Shown: positions 27,793 to 37,296, numbered from the stretch's first letter. The stretch is DNA of 64,000 nt from Oscillospiraceae bacterium (GCA_022770625.1 JALEHK010000022.1:23800-87799), one strand, 5' to 3'. Notes: generated by a model not told the origin, from the letters alone. A program made the numbers and translations.

Positions 27793-28497
27793 ATGAAACC
27801 GATCATTGCGATAAACGGCGCTTCGGCGTTTGACCGTCAGTTTTTCACCAAAGGGAAGGTTGCTTTTAAGGCTTACCCGCAGGCAGTCGCCGCGGCAGGC
27901 GGCGTTCCGCTGATGGTTCCCTCGATCCATTCGGTCGATGAGTACGCATGGCTCGCGGACGGCCTGCTCCTGACCGGAAGCCTTTCGTTTGCTCCGGCTC
28001 CCGCCTATACGCCGCTCGTCAATAAAATGGAGGAAAAAGAACGGCCCATCTTCGATTCGGCTCTGGTTCTCGCCTTTGCAAAGGCCAAAAAACCGATCAT
28101 GGGCGTCTGTCTCGGTCTTCAGTGTATCAACCTTACCTTCGGCGGAACACTGAAAAACCACTTCAAACTGGAAGATGGCGTCGAACATATGCTGACCGCG
28201 CACCCTTGTATCGCCGGTACGGAATCGATCGCGGGGAAGCTGTTCGGAAAAGAATTTATCATCAATTCCCGCCATGAACGAAGGATCGATACCTTGGCTC
28301 CGGGACTTGAAGCGACCGCGTGGTCGCCCGACGGAGTCATCGAAGAGATCAAACACGAGTCGCTTCCGATCTGGGCGTTTGAATGGCACCCCGAACGGAT
28401 GCGGGGAGATGACCGGGATCCGCCGGAAGGCCCGGATACAACGCCGCTCTTTGAGTGGTTTGTGAATACCTGCGCAGCCGTCAGAGACGCTGAGTAA
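27793..28497 (+). CDS. peptidase C26 / class-I GATase-like hydrolase, type B copy 2 (catalytic Cys present)
   Basis: KKPIMGVCLGLQCINLTFGG (Cys codon 28108-28110), INSRH and FEWHPE. 234 aa, gap-free collinear with B1. Start ATG 27793 follows GGGAGGGG; the ORF-track extension to 27481 overlaps A2. Confidence 0.8.
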   Translation: MKPIIAINGASAFDRQFFTKGKVAFKAYPQAVAAAGGVPLMVPSIHSVDEYAWLADGLLLTGSLSFAPAPAYTPLVNKMEEKERPIFDSALVLAFAKAKKPIMGVCLGLQCINLTFGGTLKNHFKLEDGVEHMLTAHPCIAGTESIAGKLFGKEFIINSRHERRIDTLAPGLEATAWSPDGVIEEIKHESLPIWAFEWHPERMRGDDRDPPEGPDTTPLFEWFVNTCAAVRDAE

Positions 28498-28532
28498 GTA
28501 CAGAGAAGTCTTTGCGTAAAGGAGGCTCATTG

Positions 28533-29516
28533 ATGGAACTGGAAGAAAGAAAGGTTCTGCTTGAGACCAGAGAACTGAAAAAATACTTTTACAATAAAAG
28601 CGGACTGAAAGTCAAGAGCGTTGTAAAAGCGGTCGATAATGTTGATCTGACCATCCATGAAGGAGAAACTGTAGGGCTTGTCGGAGAATCCGGATGCGGA
28701 AAATCCACCTTCGGACGGGCGATCCTGCGGCTTCAGGAACCGACCGACGGACAGATCTTCTATCGGGGCAAGCAGATCCAGCGGCTTCCGTTTAAGGAGA
28801 TGCGCCCTTATCGGAAAGAGATGCAGGTCATCTTTCAGGACCCGGCGGCCTCTTTGAATCCCCGCAAAACGATCATGCAGTCGATCCGGATCCCGCTGGA
28901 AGTCAACCACATCGGCACCAAAGCCGAACAGCAGGAGCGGGCGGAAGCGATGCTCAGCTATGTAGAACTCAACCCGAGCAACTGGTACAAATTCCCGCAT
29001 GAGATGTCCGGCGGCCAGAAACAGCGCGCGATGATCGCACGGGCGCTGATCACCCACCCGTCTTTTATCGTGGGTGACGAACCGGTTTCGGCTCTGGACG
29101 TTTCGATTCAGGCGCAGGTCTTAAACCTGATGAAGAAGATCCAGCAGGAGGAACAGCTTTCCTACCTCTTTATCTCCCATGACCTTTCGGTCGTCCGCTT
29201 TCTCTGCGATAAGGTCGCGGTCATGTACCTTGGAAAGATTATCGAGATCGGCACCAAAAAGGAGATTTTCGATACTCCCCTTCATCCTTACACAAAGGCG
29301 CTGATGAGTGCGATCCCGATTCCCGATGTTCATGTACATACCAAGCGGATCGTCCTGGAAGGGGATGTACCAAGCCCGATGAATCCTCCTTCCGGATGCC
29401 GGTTCAGAACCCGCTGTCCGTATGCAAACGCCCACTGCGCCGAGGTTGAACCGACGCTTGACCTCATCAGCGGCGAGCATAAGGTCGCCTGTACAAGGCT
29501 TTCGGAAATCGGATAA
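28533..29516 (+). CDS. oligopeptide/dipeptide ABC transporter ATPase (OppF/DppF-like)
   Basis: [24 protein letters not shown], and a C-terminal Cys motif [15 protein letters not shown]...HKVAC. RBS AAAGGAGG. Confidence 0.9.
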   Translation: MELEERKVLLETRELKKYFYNKSGLKVKSVVKAVDNVDLTIHEGETVGLVGESGCGKSTFGRAILRLQEPTDGQIFYRGKQIQRLPFKEMRPYRKEMQVIFQDPAASLNPRKTIMQSIRIPLEVNHIGTKAEQQERAEAMLSYVELNPSNWYKFPHEMSGGQKQRAMIARALITHPSFIVGDEPVSALDVSIQAQVLNLMKKIQQEEQLSYLFISHDLSVVRFLCDKVAVMYLGKIIEIGTKKEIFDTPLHPYTKALMSAIPIPDVHVHTKRIVLEGDVPSPMNPPSGCRFRTRCPYANAHCAEVEPTLDLISGEHKVACTRLSEIG

Positions 29517-29635
29517 AAAGGAAAATGCGCTTAAACGCCGGACAATCGGTTCGGCTGAAAATAGGAGAGAACTTATCGATCACTGAAGGATTTTTCCTCA
29601 GTCGTCCATTTATCTAAAGAAAGAAGCGATTGAAA

Positions 29636-31318
29636 ATGAAGGCAGTTCAGTTCACGTCCATTCTCTCCACCCTTGCAATCGTCATGGCCATGCTCGCCGG
29701 ATGCGGCGGCAGCACCTCTTCCGCTTCCTCTGCTGCAAGCGGAAGTCCTTCTGAAGGGACTTCGGGAAGTTCCTCTGAAAGCTCTTCCGAATCGGCGGAC
29801 GGCGAGACTGCGGCTTCTTCCGACAGCATCGTGACCGTCGCCTACACCACCGCGTGGGATTCGCTCATGCCCTATAACTCCTCTTCCGGTTCGATGTACA
29901 CGATGGAGGTCGTCGATAAAATCTACGACCGTCTGGCCTACGCCGAGATCGGCGCAAGCGCTTTCCAGCCCAGAGCGGCTTCTTCGTGGGAATCGGCGGA
30001 CGACAATATGTCGATCATTTTCCACCTCGATGAAAACGCGACATGGTCGGACGGCGAACCGGTTACGGCGGCCGACTGGATCTACACCTTTACCCTCATC
30101 AGCGATCCGAACTTTACCGGAACTTCCCGCGGCCCGATGAAAAATATTGCCGGTACCGATGACACCGGCACAGCGGTCGAAGGCGAGGAACTCGGCGTGG
30201 AAGCGCTGGATGACTACACCTTAAAAATCCACCTCAAGGTTGCTTCTTCTCCCGAAGACTGGCTGCTCGCCAACAACCGCGCGACCGTTGTTCTTCCGGA
30301 ACACTGCCTGAAAGACATCCCGCTGGACAGCATCCTGACCGACGAGTTCTGGACGAATCCCGTCGGAAGCGGCCCACTTCAATTCGAGAGTGAAGTTATT
30401 GGTTCCGAACTGGTGCTTGCTTCCCGGCCGGAATATCAACTCGGCGCACCCGGCTTCGGCAAGATGGTCTGTACCGTCATGGATTCCTCCAACACGATGA
30501 ATGCGATTATCGCCGGCGATATTGATATGGTCTGCCTCGGAAACTCCGTTTCGACCAGCAACGTCGAACTGGCTGAGTCCTCCGGCCTGACCGTTAAGCA
30601 GAACGACCTTCCGACTTCCTTTACCGAGATGATCATCAACAACACCAACATCACCGACGCAAAACTTCGTCAGGCGCTCTGGTACGCGCTCGATATCGAT
30701 ACGATCACCTCCCTCATGACCGACGGCTACGGCATCCCCGCCTATACCTACATCATGCCCGGAAGCGAATACGAAAACACCGACTCCGCCGCTCATTACG
30801 ATCCCGATTACGCCCGTCAGCTGCTTGAAGAATCCAGCTACAACGGCGAAACCTATACGATCGCCTGCGGCTCCTCCCGTGAAGCGCTCGTATCGCTGAT
30901 CCAGCAGTATTTTGACGATATCGGCTTCAATATGGAGATCGCTCTGGTTGACGTCGCGACGATGTTCGCCGGATGCCAGGACGGCACCTACGACTTCGGT
31001 GTTTCCGGCCATACCGCGACCGCAAGCCCCGTCTGGTTCGATAACGCGACCAGTTTTCACATCATCGGCGGCACCTCTTATTTCCAGGTCACCGATCCGA
31101 CCTACACCGAGATGTTCGAGAAGATCAACTCGCTCTTTGACGAGACCGAAAAGATCGAGGCCACTAAGGAATATCAGGCGTATATCGCCGAACAGACCCC
31201 CTTTATTCCGCTCTGGTTCCAGGCAGGTCTTTATATCGAAAGCGATACCGTTTCCGGCGTTGATTACGGCGCCGCCGGTATGTGCAACGATAACGTCTGG
31301 GATTGGGTCAAGGAATAA
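29636..31318 (+). CDS. peptide ABC transporter substrate-binding lipoprotein, family 5 (copy 1)
   Basis: Lipobox LAGCGGS, a Ser-rich linker, and a family-5 SBP body of about 500 aa. Confidence 0.9.
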   Translation: MKAVQFTSILSTLAIVMAMLAGCGGSTSSASSAASGSPSEGTSGSSSESSSESADGETAASSDSIVTVAYTTAWDSLMPYNSSSGSMYTMEVVDKIYDRLAYAEIGASAFQPRAASSWESADDNMSIIFHLDENATWSDGEPVTAADWIYTFTLISDPNFTGTSRGPMKNIAGTDDTGTAVEGEELGVEALDDYTLKIHLKVASSPEDWLLANNRATVVLPEHCLKDIPLDSILTDEFWTNPVGSGPLQFESEVIGSELVLASRPEYQLGAPGFGKMVCTVMDSSNTMNAIIAGDIDMVCLGNSVSTSNVELAESSGLTVKQNDLPTSFTEMIINNTNITDAKLRQALWYALDIDTITSLMTDGYGIPAYTYIMPGSEYENTDSAAHYDPDYARQLLEESSYNGETYTIACGSSREALVSLIQQYFDDIGFNMEIALVDVATMFAGCQDGTYDFGVSGHTATASPVWFDNATSFHIIGGTSYFQVTDPTYTEMFEKINSLFDETEKIEATKEYQAYIAEQTPFIPLWFQAGLYIESDTVSGVDYGAAGMCNDNVWDWVKE

Positions 31319-31482
31319 CCGCTTTCCTAATTGAAAAAGACCGGAGTGGGAAACTCTCTCCACTCCGGAATATGCAGAGATTCTCCGCAGGAGGGGGATA
31401 TTTGCACCTACTGCCGTTCGGGTATCAGAAGGACTGAGCTTTGAAGAACGGCAGAATACCATAAAGAAAGAAGCGCTTAAAA

Positions 31483-33165
31483 ATGAAGGCAGTCAAAATC
31501 ACATCCGTACTTTCCACGATCGTTATCCTCGCGTCGATGATGGCAAGCTGCGGCGGTTCCGGAAGCACCGCCTCCACCTCTTCCGAAAGCTCCGTTTCCG
31601 GTGAATCGTCTGCTGCATCCTCTTCCGCTGAAAGCAGCGCGGAAGCAGCAACCGGTTCTTCCGACAGCGTTGTAACCGTTGCTTACACCACCGCGTGGGA
31701 TTCTCTAATGCCTTATAACTCTTCCTCCGGTTCGATGTACAACCTTGAGGTGCTGGGCAATATCTACGACCGTCTGGCCTACAGCAAGCTCAACGGCGAT
31801 GAATTTACTCCCAGAGGCGCTTCTTCCTGGGAATCGGCCGACGACAATCAGGCAATCGTTTTCCACCTCGATGAAAACGCGACCTGGTCGGATGGCGAAC
31901 CGGTCACCGCTTCTGACTGGGTTTATACCCTGAAGCTGGTCAGCGATCCCTCCTTTACCGGTACCTCCAGAAGCTGCGCCAAGACCATCGCCGGGACCGA
32001 TGACAACGGCGTAGCGATCGATGGCGAGACCTTCGGCGCCGAAGCGGTCGATGATTATACCTTAAAACTCACCCTGAAGACCGCCGCAACTCCCGAGGAC
32101 TGGCTGCTGGCAAATAACCGCAACTTCTTCGTCCTCCCCGAGCATTGCCTGACCGATTACACCGCCGCCGACGTTATCAACGCCGACTTCTGGACGGCTC
32201 CGGTCGGAAGCGGCCCGCTTAAATTTGAGAGCGAGGTCATCGGTTCCGAGTTGGTTCTCGATGCCCGTCCTGAGTATCAGCTCGGCGCTCCCGGCTTTGG
32301 TAAGATGGTCTGCACCGTCATGGATTCTTCCAACACGATGAACGCGATCATCGCCGGCGATATCGATCTGGTCTGCATCGGCAACCGTGTCTTGACCAGC
32401 AACATCGAGCTTGCTGAAGCTTCCGGTCTGGAGGTCAAGCAGTTCGATCAGGCGACCCAGTTCAACGAGCTGTTGATCAACAACTCCAACATCACCGATT
32501 ACCGGATTCGCGAAGCGCTCTGGTACGCGCTGGATAAGGACACCATCACTTCGGTCATGACCGACGGCTACGGCGTACCGGTCGATACCTACATCGTCCC
32601 CGGCAACCAGTTTGAAAACACCGACATCGATATGCCTTACGATCCCGAGAAGGCGAAAGAGCTGCTTGCTGAGGCGGGCTACAACGGCGAGACCTATACG
32701 ATGGCGTGCGGTTCCTCCCGTGAGCCGCTGGCTTCTCTCTTACAGCAGTATTACGATGCGATCGGCTTCAACATGGACATCGCGTTGGTTGACGTCGCAA
32801 CCATGTTCTCCGGCTTGAAGGACGGTACCTATGACATCGGCGTTTCCGGTCACTCGGCGACCGCAAGCCCCGTCTGGTTCTGCAACGCGACCAGTTTCCA
32901 GGTGCTCGCCGGTGAAGGGAGCTCCAGCTACGCGGTAACCGATCCGAAGTTTGGAGAGTATTTTGACCAGATCAACTCGATCTTTACGACCGAGGAACGC
33001 CTTCCGGTCGTCAAAGAGTTCCAGGCTTATATCGCCGAGCAGGTTCCCTTTATCCCGCTCTGGTACACCGCTGACCACTACATCGAATCCACCACCGTTT
33101 CCGGTGTCGATTACGGCGGATCCTGGATGTGCAATGATAACGTCTGGGATTGGGTCAAAGAGTAA
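31483..33165 (+). CDS. peptide ABC transporter substrate-binding lipoprotein, family 5 (copy 2, paralogue of 29636-31318)
   Basis: Lipobox MASCGGSGS. 560 aa, collinear with copy 1 and sharing long identical blocks (VVTVAYTTAWDSLMPYNSSSGSMY, RPEYQLGAPGFGKMVCTVMDSSNTMNAIIAGDID). Confidence 0.9.
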   Translation: MKAVKITSVLSTIVILASMMASCGGSGSTASTSSESSVSGESSAASSSAESSAEAATGSSDSVVTVAYTTAWDSLMPYNSSSGSMYNLEVLGNIYDRLAYSKLNGDEFTPRGASSWESADDNQAIVFHLDENATWSDGEPVTASDWVYTLKLVSDPSFTGTSRSCAKTIAGTDDNGVAIDGETFGAEAVDDYTLKLTLKTAATPEDWLLANNRNFFVLPEHCLTDYTAADVINADFWTAPVGSGPLKFESEVIGSELVLDARPEYQLGAPGFGKMVCTVMDSSNTMNAIIAGDIDLVCIGNRVLTSNIELAEASGLEVKQFDQATQFNELLINNSNITDYRIREALWYALDKDTITSVMTDGYGVPVDTYIVPGNQFENTDIDMPYDPEKAKELLAEAGYNGETYTMACGSSREPLASLLQQYYDAIGFNMDIALVDVATMFSGLKDGTYDIGVSGHSATASPVWFCNATSFQVLAGEGSSSYAVTDPKFGEYFDQINSIFTTEERLPVVKEFQAYIAEQVPFIPLWYTADHYIESTTVSGVDYGGSWMCNDNVWDWVKE

Positions 33166-33319
33166 AGATAAACCCTCAGCTTCTCTTCCGGCAGGTTCAT
33201 TCCTGCCGGAGCTGCCCCGGAAATCGGGGCAATATGCCTTTTATTTTCCGCATGAGGAAGGTAGCGGCAACAGTACACTTCGCGGTTTTATGAAGCGCCG
33301 CTGAAAGGGATGGTTAAAG

Positions 33320-34273
33320 ATGCTTAAATACTTGGGTAAGCGAATCCTGACTGCAATTCCGATCTTTTTCGGGATCACGGTTATCATCTATGTGATGCTG
33401 AATATGGCGCCCGGAAGCGCTCTGGATATGCTCGCTTCGAGTGAAATTTCCGTTGACAGCGCCGCTTACGATCAGCTCAAAGCCCAGCTCGGCCTTGATA
33501 AACCGGTCTGGATGCGTTATCTGCTCTGGCTCAAAGACCTGTTCCAGCTGAACTTCGGTACCTCCTACCGTACCAGTCAGGACGTATGGACGATGGTCTC
33601 CCAGAGAATCGGCCCCTCAATCCTCCTTTCGGGCACCGGCGTTATCCTCGCGATCCTCCTCGCGCTCCCGATCGGCATCATGGCTGCCTATAAGCCCTAC
33701 TCCAAATGGGACAGCGTATCTTCCTTCTTTGCCCTGATCGGCTCGACCCTTCCCGGCTTCCTGCTGAGCCTTCTGCTCATCTACGTTTTCTCGATCAAAT
33801 TAAAGCTCCTCCCGACCTCCGGTATGCATTCTTCGGGCGATACGAGCTTTATCGACCTTTTCCGACACCTGCTCTTACCGGCGCTGATTATCTGCATCGG
33901 CTCGATGGGCAACCTCATCAAACAGACCCGAAGCGCATGTCTGGAAGTCCTTCATGAGGATTTCGTAAAGACCGCCCGCTCCAAGGGCATCAAGGAACAG
34001 GCCGTTGTCCTTAAGCACGTTTTCAGAAACGCCCTGATCCCGGTTTCAACGACCATTCTTCTTCAGATCCCCCACATCATCGGCGGTACAACGATCGTTG
34101 AGCAGATCTTCGGCTGGCCGGGACTCGGCTCTCTGATGATCAGCTCGATCAATAACCGCGACTATCCGGTTGTCATGTGCGTAGCCGTTATCATCGCGAT
34201 CACCGTCCTCGTGACCAATATCCTGATCGATATCGTCTACGGCTTCCTTGACCCGCGCGTCAGCTATGACTGA
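33320..34273 (+). CDS. peptide ABC transporter permease (OppB/DppB-like)
   Basis: 317 aa, N-terminus MLKYLGKRILTAIP, and the EAA-loop region DFVKTARSKGIKE. Confidence 0.9.
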   Translation: MLKYLGKRILTAIPIFFGITVIIYVMLNMAPGSALDMLASSEISVDSAAYDQLKAQLGLDKPVWMRYLLWLKDLFQLNFGTSYRTSQDVWTMVSQRIGPSILLSGTGVILAILLALPIGIMAAYKPYSKWDSVSSFFALIGSTLPGFLLSLLLIYVFSIKLKLLPTSGMHSSGDTSFIDLFRHLLLPALIICIGSMGNLIKQTRSACLEVLHEDFVKTARSKGIKEQAVVLKHVFRNALIPVSTTILLQIPHIIGGTTIVEQIFGWPGLGSLMISSINNRDYPVVMCVAVIIAITVLVTNILIDIVYGFLDPRVSYD

Positions 34274-34301
34274 TTCTGATTCTGAAAGAAGGGAAATTCT
34301 T

Positions 34302-35189
34302 ATGGAAATGACAGCGAAATCCGTATCCGCGCCCAAAAAGAAAGAAAGTCAGGCGCTGAAAAGCTTCCGCAAAAATAAAAGAGCCATGTTCGGCGCGATC
34401 TTTATCATCATCGAAACGCTGCTCGTGATTCTGCTCCCGATCATCCTTCATACTGATCCCAATACATCCGACCTACTCTCCGGAAAATATGCATCTCCTT
34501 CGGCGGCTCACTGGCTGGGCACCGACTCGATTGGACGCGACCTCTTCGCCCGTCTGCTTTCGGGCGGCAAGGTATCGCTGTTGGTCGGCTTGAGTTCTCC
34601 TCTGATCAGCGTTGCGATCGGTCTTCCGCTCGGCCTTCTCGCCGGCTACTACCGCGGTGTGATCGAAACGATCGTCATGCGTCTGGCGGACATCTTCATG
34701 TCCTTCCCGAGCATGATCCTGATCCTCTGCCTGGTCGCGGTCGTCGGCCCGTCGATCACCACCATCATCGTCGTTATCGGCGTCATGGGCTGGACCCAGA
34801 TTGCAAAGCTCGTCTACGGAAACGTTGTTTCCATCCGCAGCAAGGAATACATCGAATCGGCGCGCGCGGCCGGATGCAGCGACGCCTATATCATCTTCCG
34901 TGAGATCCTTCCCAACGCCATCAGCCCGGTATGGGTTCTGCTTTCCTTCCGCGTCGGCGGCGCGATCATGACCGAATCCGGTCTGTCCTTCCTCGGCGTC
35001 GGTATTCAGGCTCCGCAGGCTTCTTGGGGCAATATCATCAACGCTGCGACCGACCTTTCCGTTTTAATGCTCCGTCCGTGGGTATGGATGCCGGCAGGTG
35101 TGCTGATCGTTATGACGGTCGTTTCCTTTAACTTTATCGGTGAAGGTATCCGCGACGCTCTTGACCCCAAAATGAAACGTGTAGACTGA
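34302..35189 (+). CDS. peptide ABC transporter permease (OppC/DppC-like)
   Basis: HWLGTDSIGRDLFARL motif and EYIESARAAGCSD EAA loop. I prefer the start at 34302 (after AGAAGGGA). Confidence 0.9.
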   Translation: MEMTAKSVSAPKKKESQALKSFRKNKRAMFGAIFIIIETLLVILLPIILHTDPNTSDLLSGKYASPSAAHWLGTDSIGRDLFARLLSGGKVSLLVGLSSPLISVAIGLPLGLLAGYYRGVIETIVMRLADIFMSFPSMILILCLVAVVGPSITTIIVVIGVMGWTQIAKLVYGNVVSIRSKEYIESARAAGCSDAYIIFREILPNAISPVWVLLSFRVGGAIMTESGLSFLGVGIQAPQASWGNIINAATDLSVLMLRPWVWMPAGVLIVMTVVSFNFIGEGIRDALDPKMKRVD

Positions 35190-35219
35190 TTCATGGAAAA
35201 ATCCAAGGAGGAACCGAAC

Positions 35220-36188
35220 ATGGCAGAAAACCTGCTTGAAGTAAAAGACCTTGAGGTTGATTTCCGGGTCGGTGACGGAAAGGTTGTCACCGCCATCAAA
35301 GACGTTAACTTCTCCCTGATTAAAGGACATACCCTCGGCATCGTCGGCGAGTCCGGCTGCGGCAAATCGGTCACGGCCAACACCATCATGAAGCTCCTTC
35401 CCAAAGAGTCCGGCATCATCGCCGGCGGACAGATCCTCTTTGACGGAAAGGACATCGTTCCGATGAGCGATGAGGAGATGCGAAATATCCGCGGCAAACA
35501 TATCGGCATGATTTTTCAGGAACCGATGACCTCATTAAACCCCGTTTACCGGATCGAGACGCAGATGACCGAAATGCTTTTGGCGCACGAAAAGCTGACT
35601 AAAAAAGAAGCGCATGAGCGTTGTCTGGAAATGCTCAAGGCGGTCGGCATCCCCGAACCGGAACGCCGCCTTCGGGAGTATCCCCACCAGCTTTCCGGCG
35701 GTATGCGCCAGAGAATTATGATCGCGATGGTTTTGTCGGTCAAGCCCGAGCTGATTATTGCCGATGAGCCGACGACCGCTCTGGACGTTACGATTCAGGC
35801 GCAGATCATGGAGCTGATGGGCAAGCTCAAAGAAGAGATGGGAACCTCGATCATCCTGATTACCCACGATATGGGCGTTATCGCCGACATCGCCGATGAC
35901 GTCATGGTTATGTACGGCGGAAACGTTGTCGAACAGGCGCCGGTAGCCGACATCTTTGAGCATCCCCTCCATCCCTATACTCAGGGGCTTCTCGCCTCGA
36001 TTCCGCGTATGGATATGGACGTTGAGACGCTCGCCGCGATCGAAGGAACCGTTCCGTCGCTTGCGGAAATGCCGACCGGCTGTCATTTCTCGACCCGCTG
36101 CCCCTACTGCACCGAAAAGTGCCGCAGTGAAAACCCCGCGATGGTCGATCAGGGCGGTCATAAAGTTGCCTGCTGGAAATATGAATAA
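35220..36188 (+). CDS. oligopeptide/dipeptide ABC transporter ATPase (OppD/DppD-like)
   Basis: [28 protein letters not shown], and a C-terminal GCHFSTRCPYCTEKC...HKVAC. Start 35220 follows AAGGAGGAA. Confidence 0.9.
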   Translation: MAENLLEVKDLEVDFRVGDGKVVTAIKDVNFSLIKGHTLGIVGESGCGKSVTANTIMKLLPKESGIIAGGQILFDGKDIVPMSDEEMRNIRGKHIGMIFQEPMTSLNPVYRIETQMTEMLLAHEKLTKKEAHERCLEMLKAVGIPEPERRLREYPHQLSGGMRQRIMIAMVLSVKPELIIADEPTTALDVTIQAQIMELMGKLKEEMGTSIILITHDMGVIADIADDVMVMYGGNVVEQAPVADIFEHPLHPYTQGLLASIPRMDMDVETLAAIEGTVPSLAEMPTGCHFSTRCPYCTEKCRSENPAMVDQGGHKVACWKYE

Positions 36189-36191
36189 AAT

Positions 36192-36240
36192 GAAAAGCCC
36201 GATGGCGGACAGGATCTGCCCCGGGCTTTTCATTTCTTTC
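36192..36240 (+). terminator. terminator-like hairpin between the transporter genes and the dipeptidase gene
   Basis: Perfect 10-bp stem GAAAAGCCCG (36192-36201) / CGGGCTTTTC (36222-36231) with a 20-nt loop and a T-rich tail. It may be partial, allowing read-through. Confidence 0.55.
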
Positions 36241-36290
36241 AAACAGGCGTATAATAAAGACAGATAAACATCCGGAAAGGAAGGACTTTT

Positions 36291-37286
36291 ATGAGTAAAG
36301 CGATCCCCTATATCGATATGCACTGCGACACCCTGATGCACGGCGTCGGAAAAAAAGCGGAGGACATCTTCTCGATGCCCGATGCGATGGTCGATCTGGA
36401 ACGCCTTTCAAAAGCGGGCGTCTATGCCCAGTTTTTCGCCGTCTTTTTCCCGCCGAAGGAAGGAATGGAGAAGTCCCTCGGGATCACCGATGACGACGCA
36501 TATTTTTCCGCCGCACATACCCTTCTGAAGAACACGATTTCCCGCCACGGCGACCTTCTCGCTTTCGCTGGAAACGCCGTGGACGCCGAGAAAAACCATG
36601 CGCAGGGAAAGGTTTCCGCCTTCCTGACGATGGAGGACGGCCGCGCGGTTCAGGGAAGCTTTGACCGTCTGCGCTATTTTTACAATCAGGGCGTGCGGCT
36701 GATCTCGCTGACCTGGAACTTTGAAAACTGCTTCGGCGCGCCCAACTCGAAGGATCCCGCCATGATGAATAAAGGGCTGACCGCCTTCGGTAAGGAAGCG
36801 GTCGGAGCAATGAATGAGATGGGAATCATCGTCGACGTCTCCCACCTTTCGGACGGCGGCTTCTGGGACGTTGTCAACCTGACCCGTAAGCCCTTTGTCG
36901 CTTCTCATTCCAACTGTCGCGCGCTGACGCCCCATACCCGGAACCTGACTGATGAGATGATCCGCGCACTCGCGGAAAAAGGCGGAGTAGCGGGTCTTAA
37001 TTTTGCACCCGAATTCCTTTGGACAGAAGCCGACGCAGCCGCAGGCAGCAAAATCAGCCGGATCGAGCGGATGTGCGCCCACCTGTCTCATCTGATTGAC
37101 GTTGGCGGTGAAGACTGCGCGGCAATCGGAACCGACTTTGACGGCATCAGCGGCGAGCTGGAGGTCGGAACGCCGACTGAGATGGGAAAACTGTTCGAGG
37201 CGCTGAGTCGTCACGGATTTTCGGATCGCCTGATTGAGAAAATCGCATATCAGAATACCCTGCGCGTCATTCGGGAAACGATGTAA
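36291..37286 (+). CDS. membrane-dipeptidase family (M19, renal-dipeptidase-like) dipeptidase
   Basis: N-terminal IDMHCDTL, and LISLTWNFEN, IVDVSHLSD, ASHSNCRAL and IGTDFDG segments typical of M19. Confidence 0.85.
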   Translation: MSKAIPYIDMHCDTLMHGVGKKAEDIFSMPDAMVDLERLSKAGVYAQFFAVFFPPKEGMEKSLGITDDDAYFSAAHTLLKNTISRHGDLLAFAGNAVDAEKNHAQGKVSAFLTMEDGRAVQGSFDRLRYFYNQGVRLISLTWNFENCFGAPNSKDPAMMNKGLTAFGKEAVGAMNEMGIIVDVSHLSDGGFWDVVNLTRKPFVASHSNCRALTPHTRNLTDEMIRALAEKGGVAGLNFAPEFLWTEADAAAGSKISRIERMCAHLSHLIDVGGEDCAAIGTDFDGISGELEVGTPTEMGKLFEALSRHGFSDRLIEKIAYQNTLRVIRETM

Positions 37287-37296
37287 CAAAACGGCA

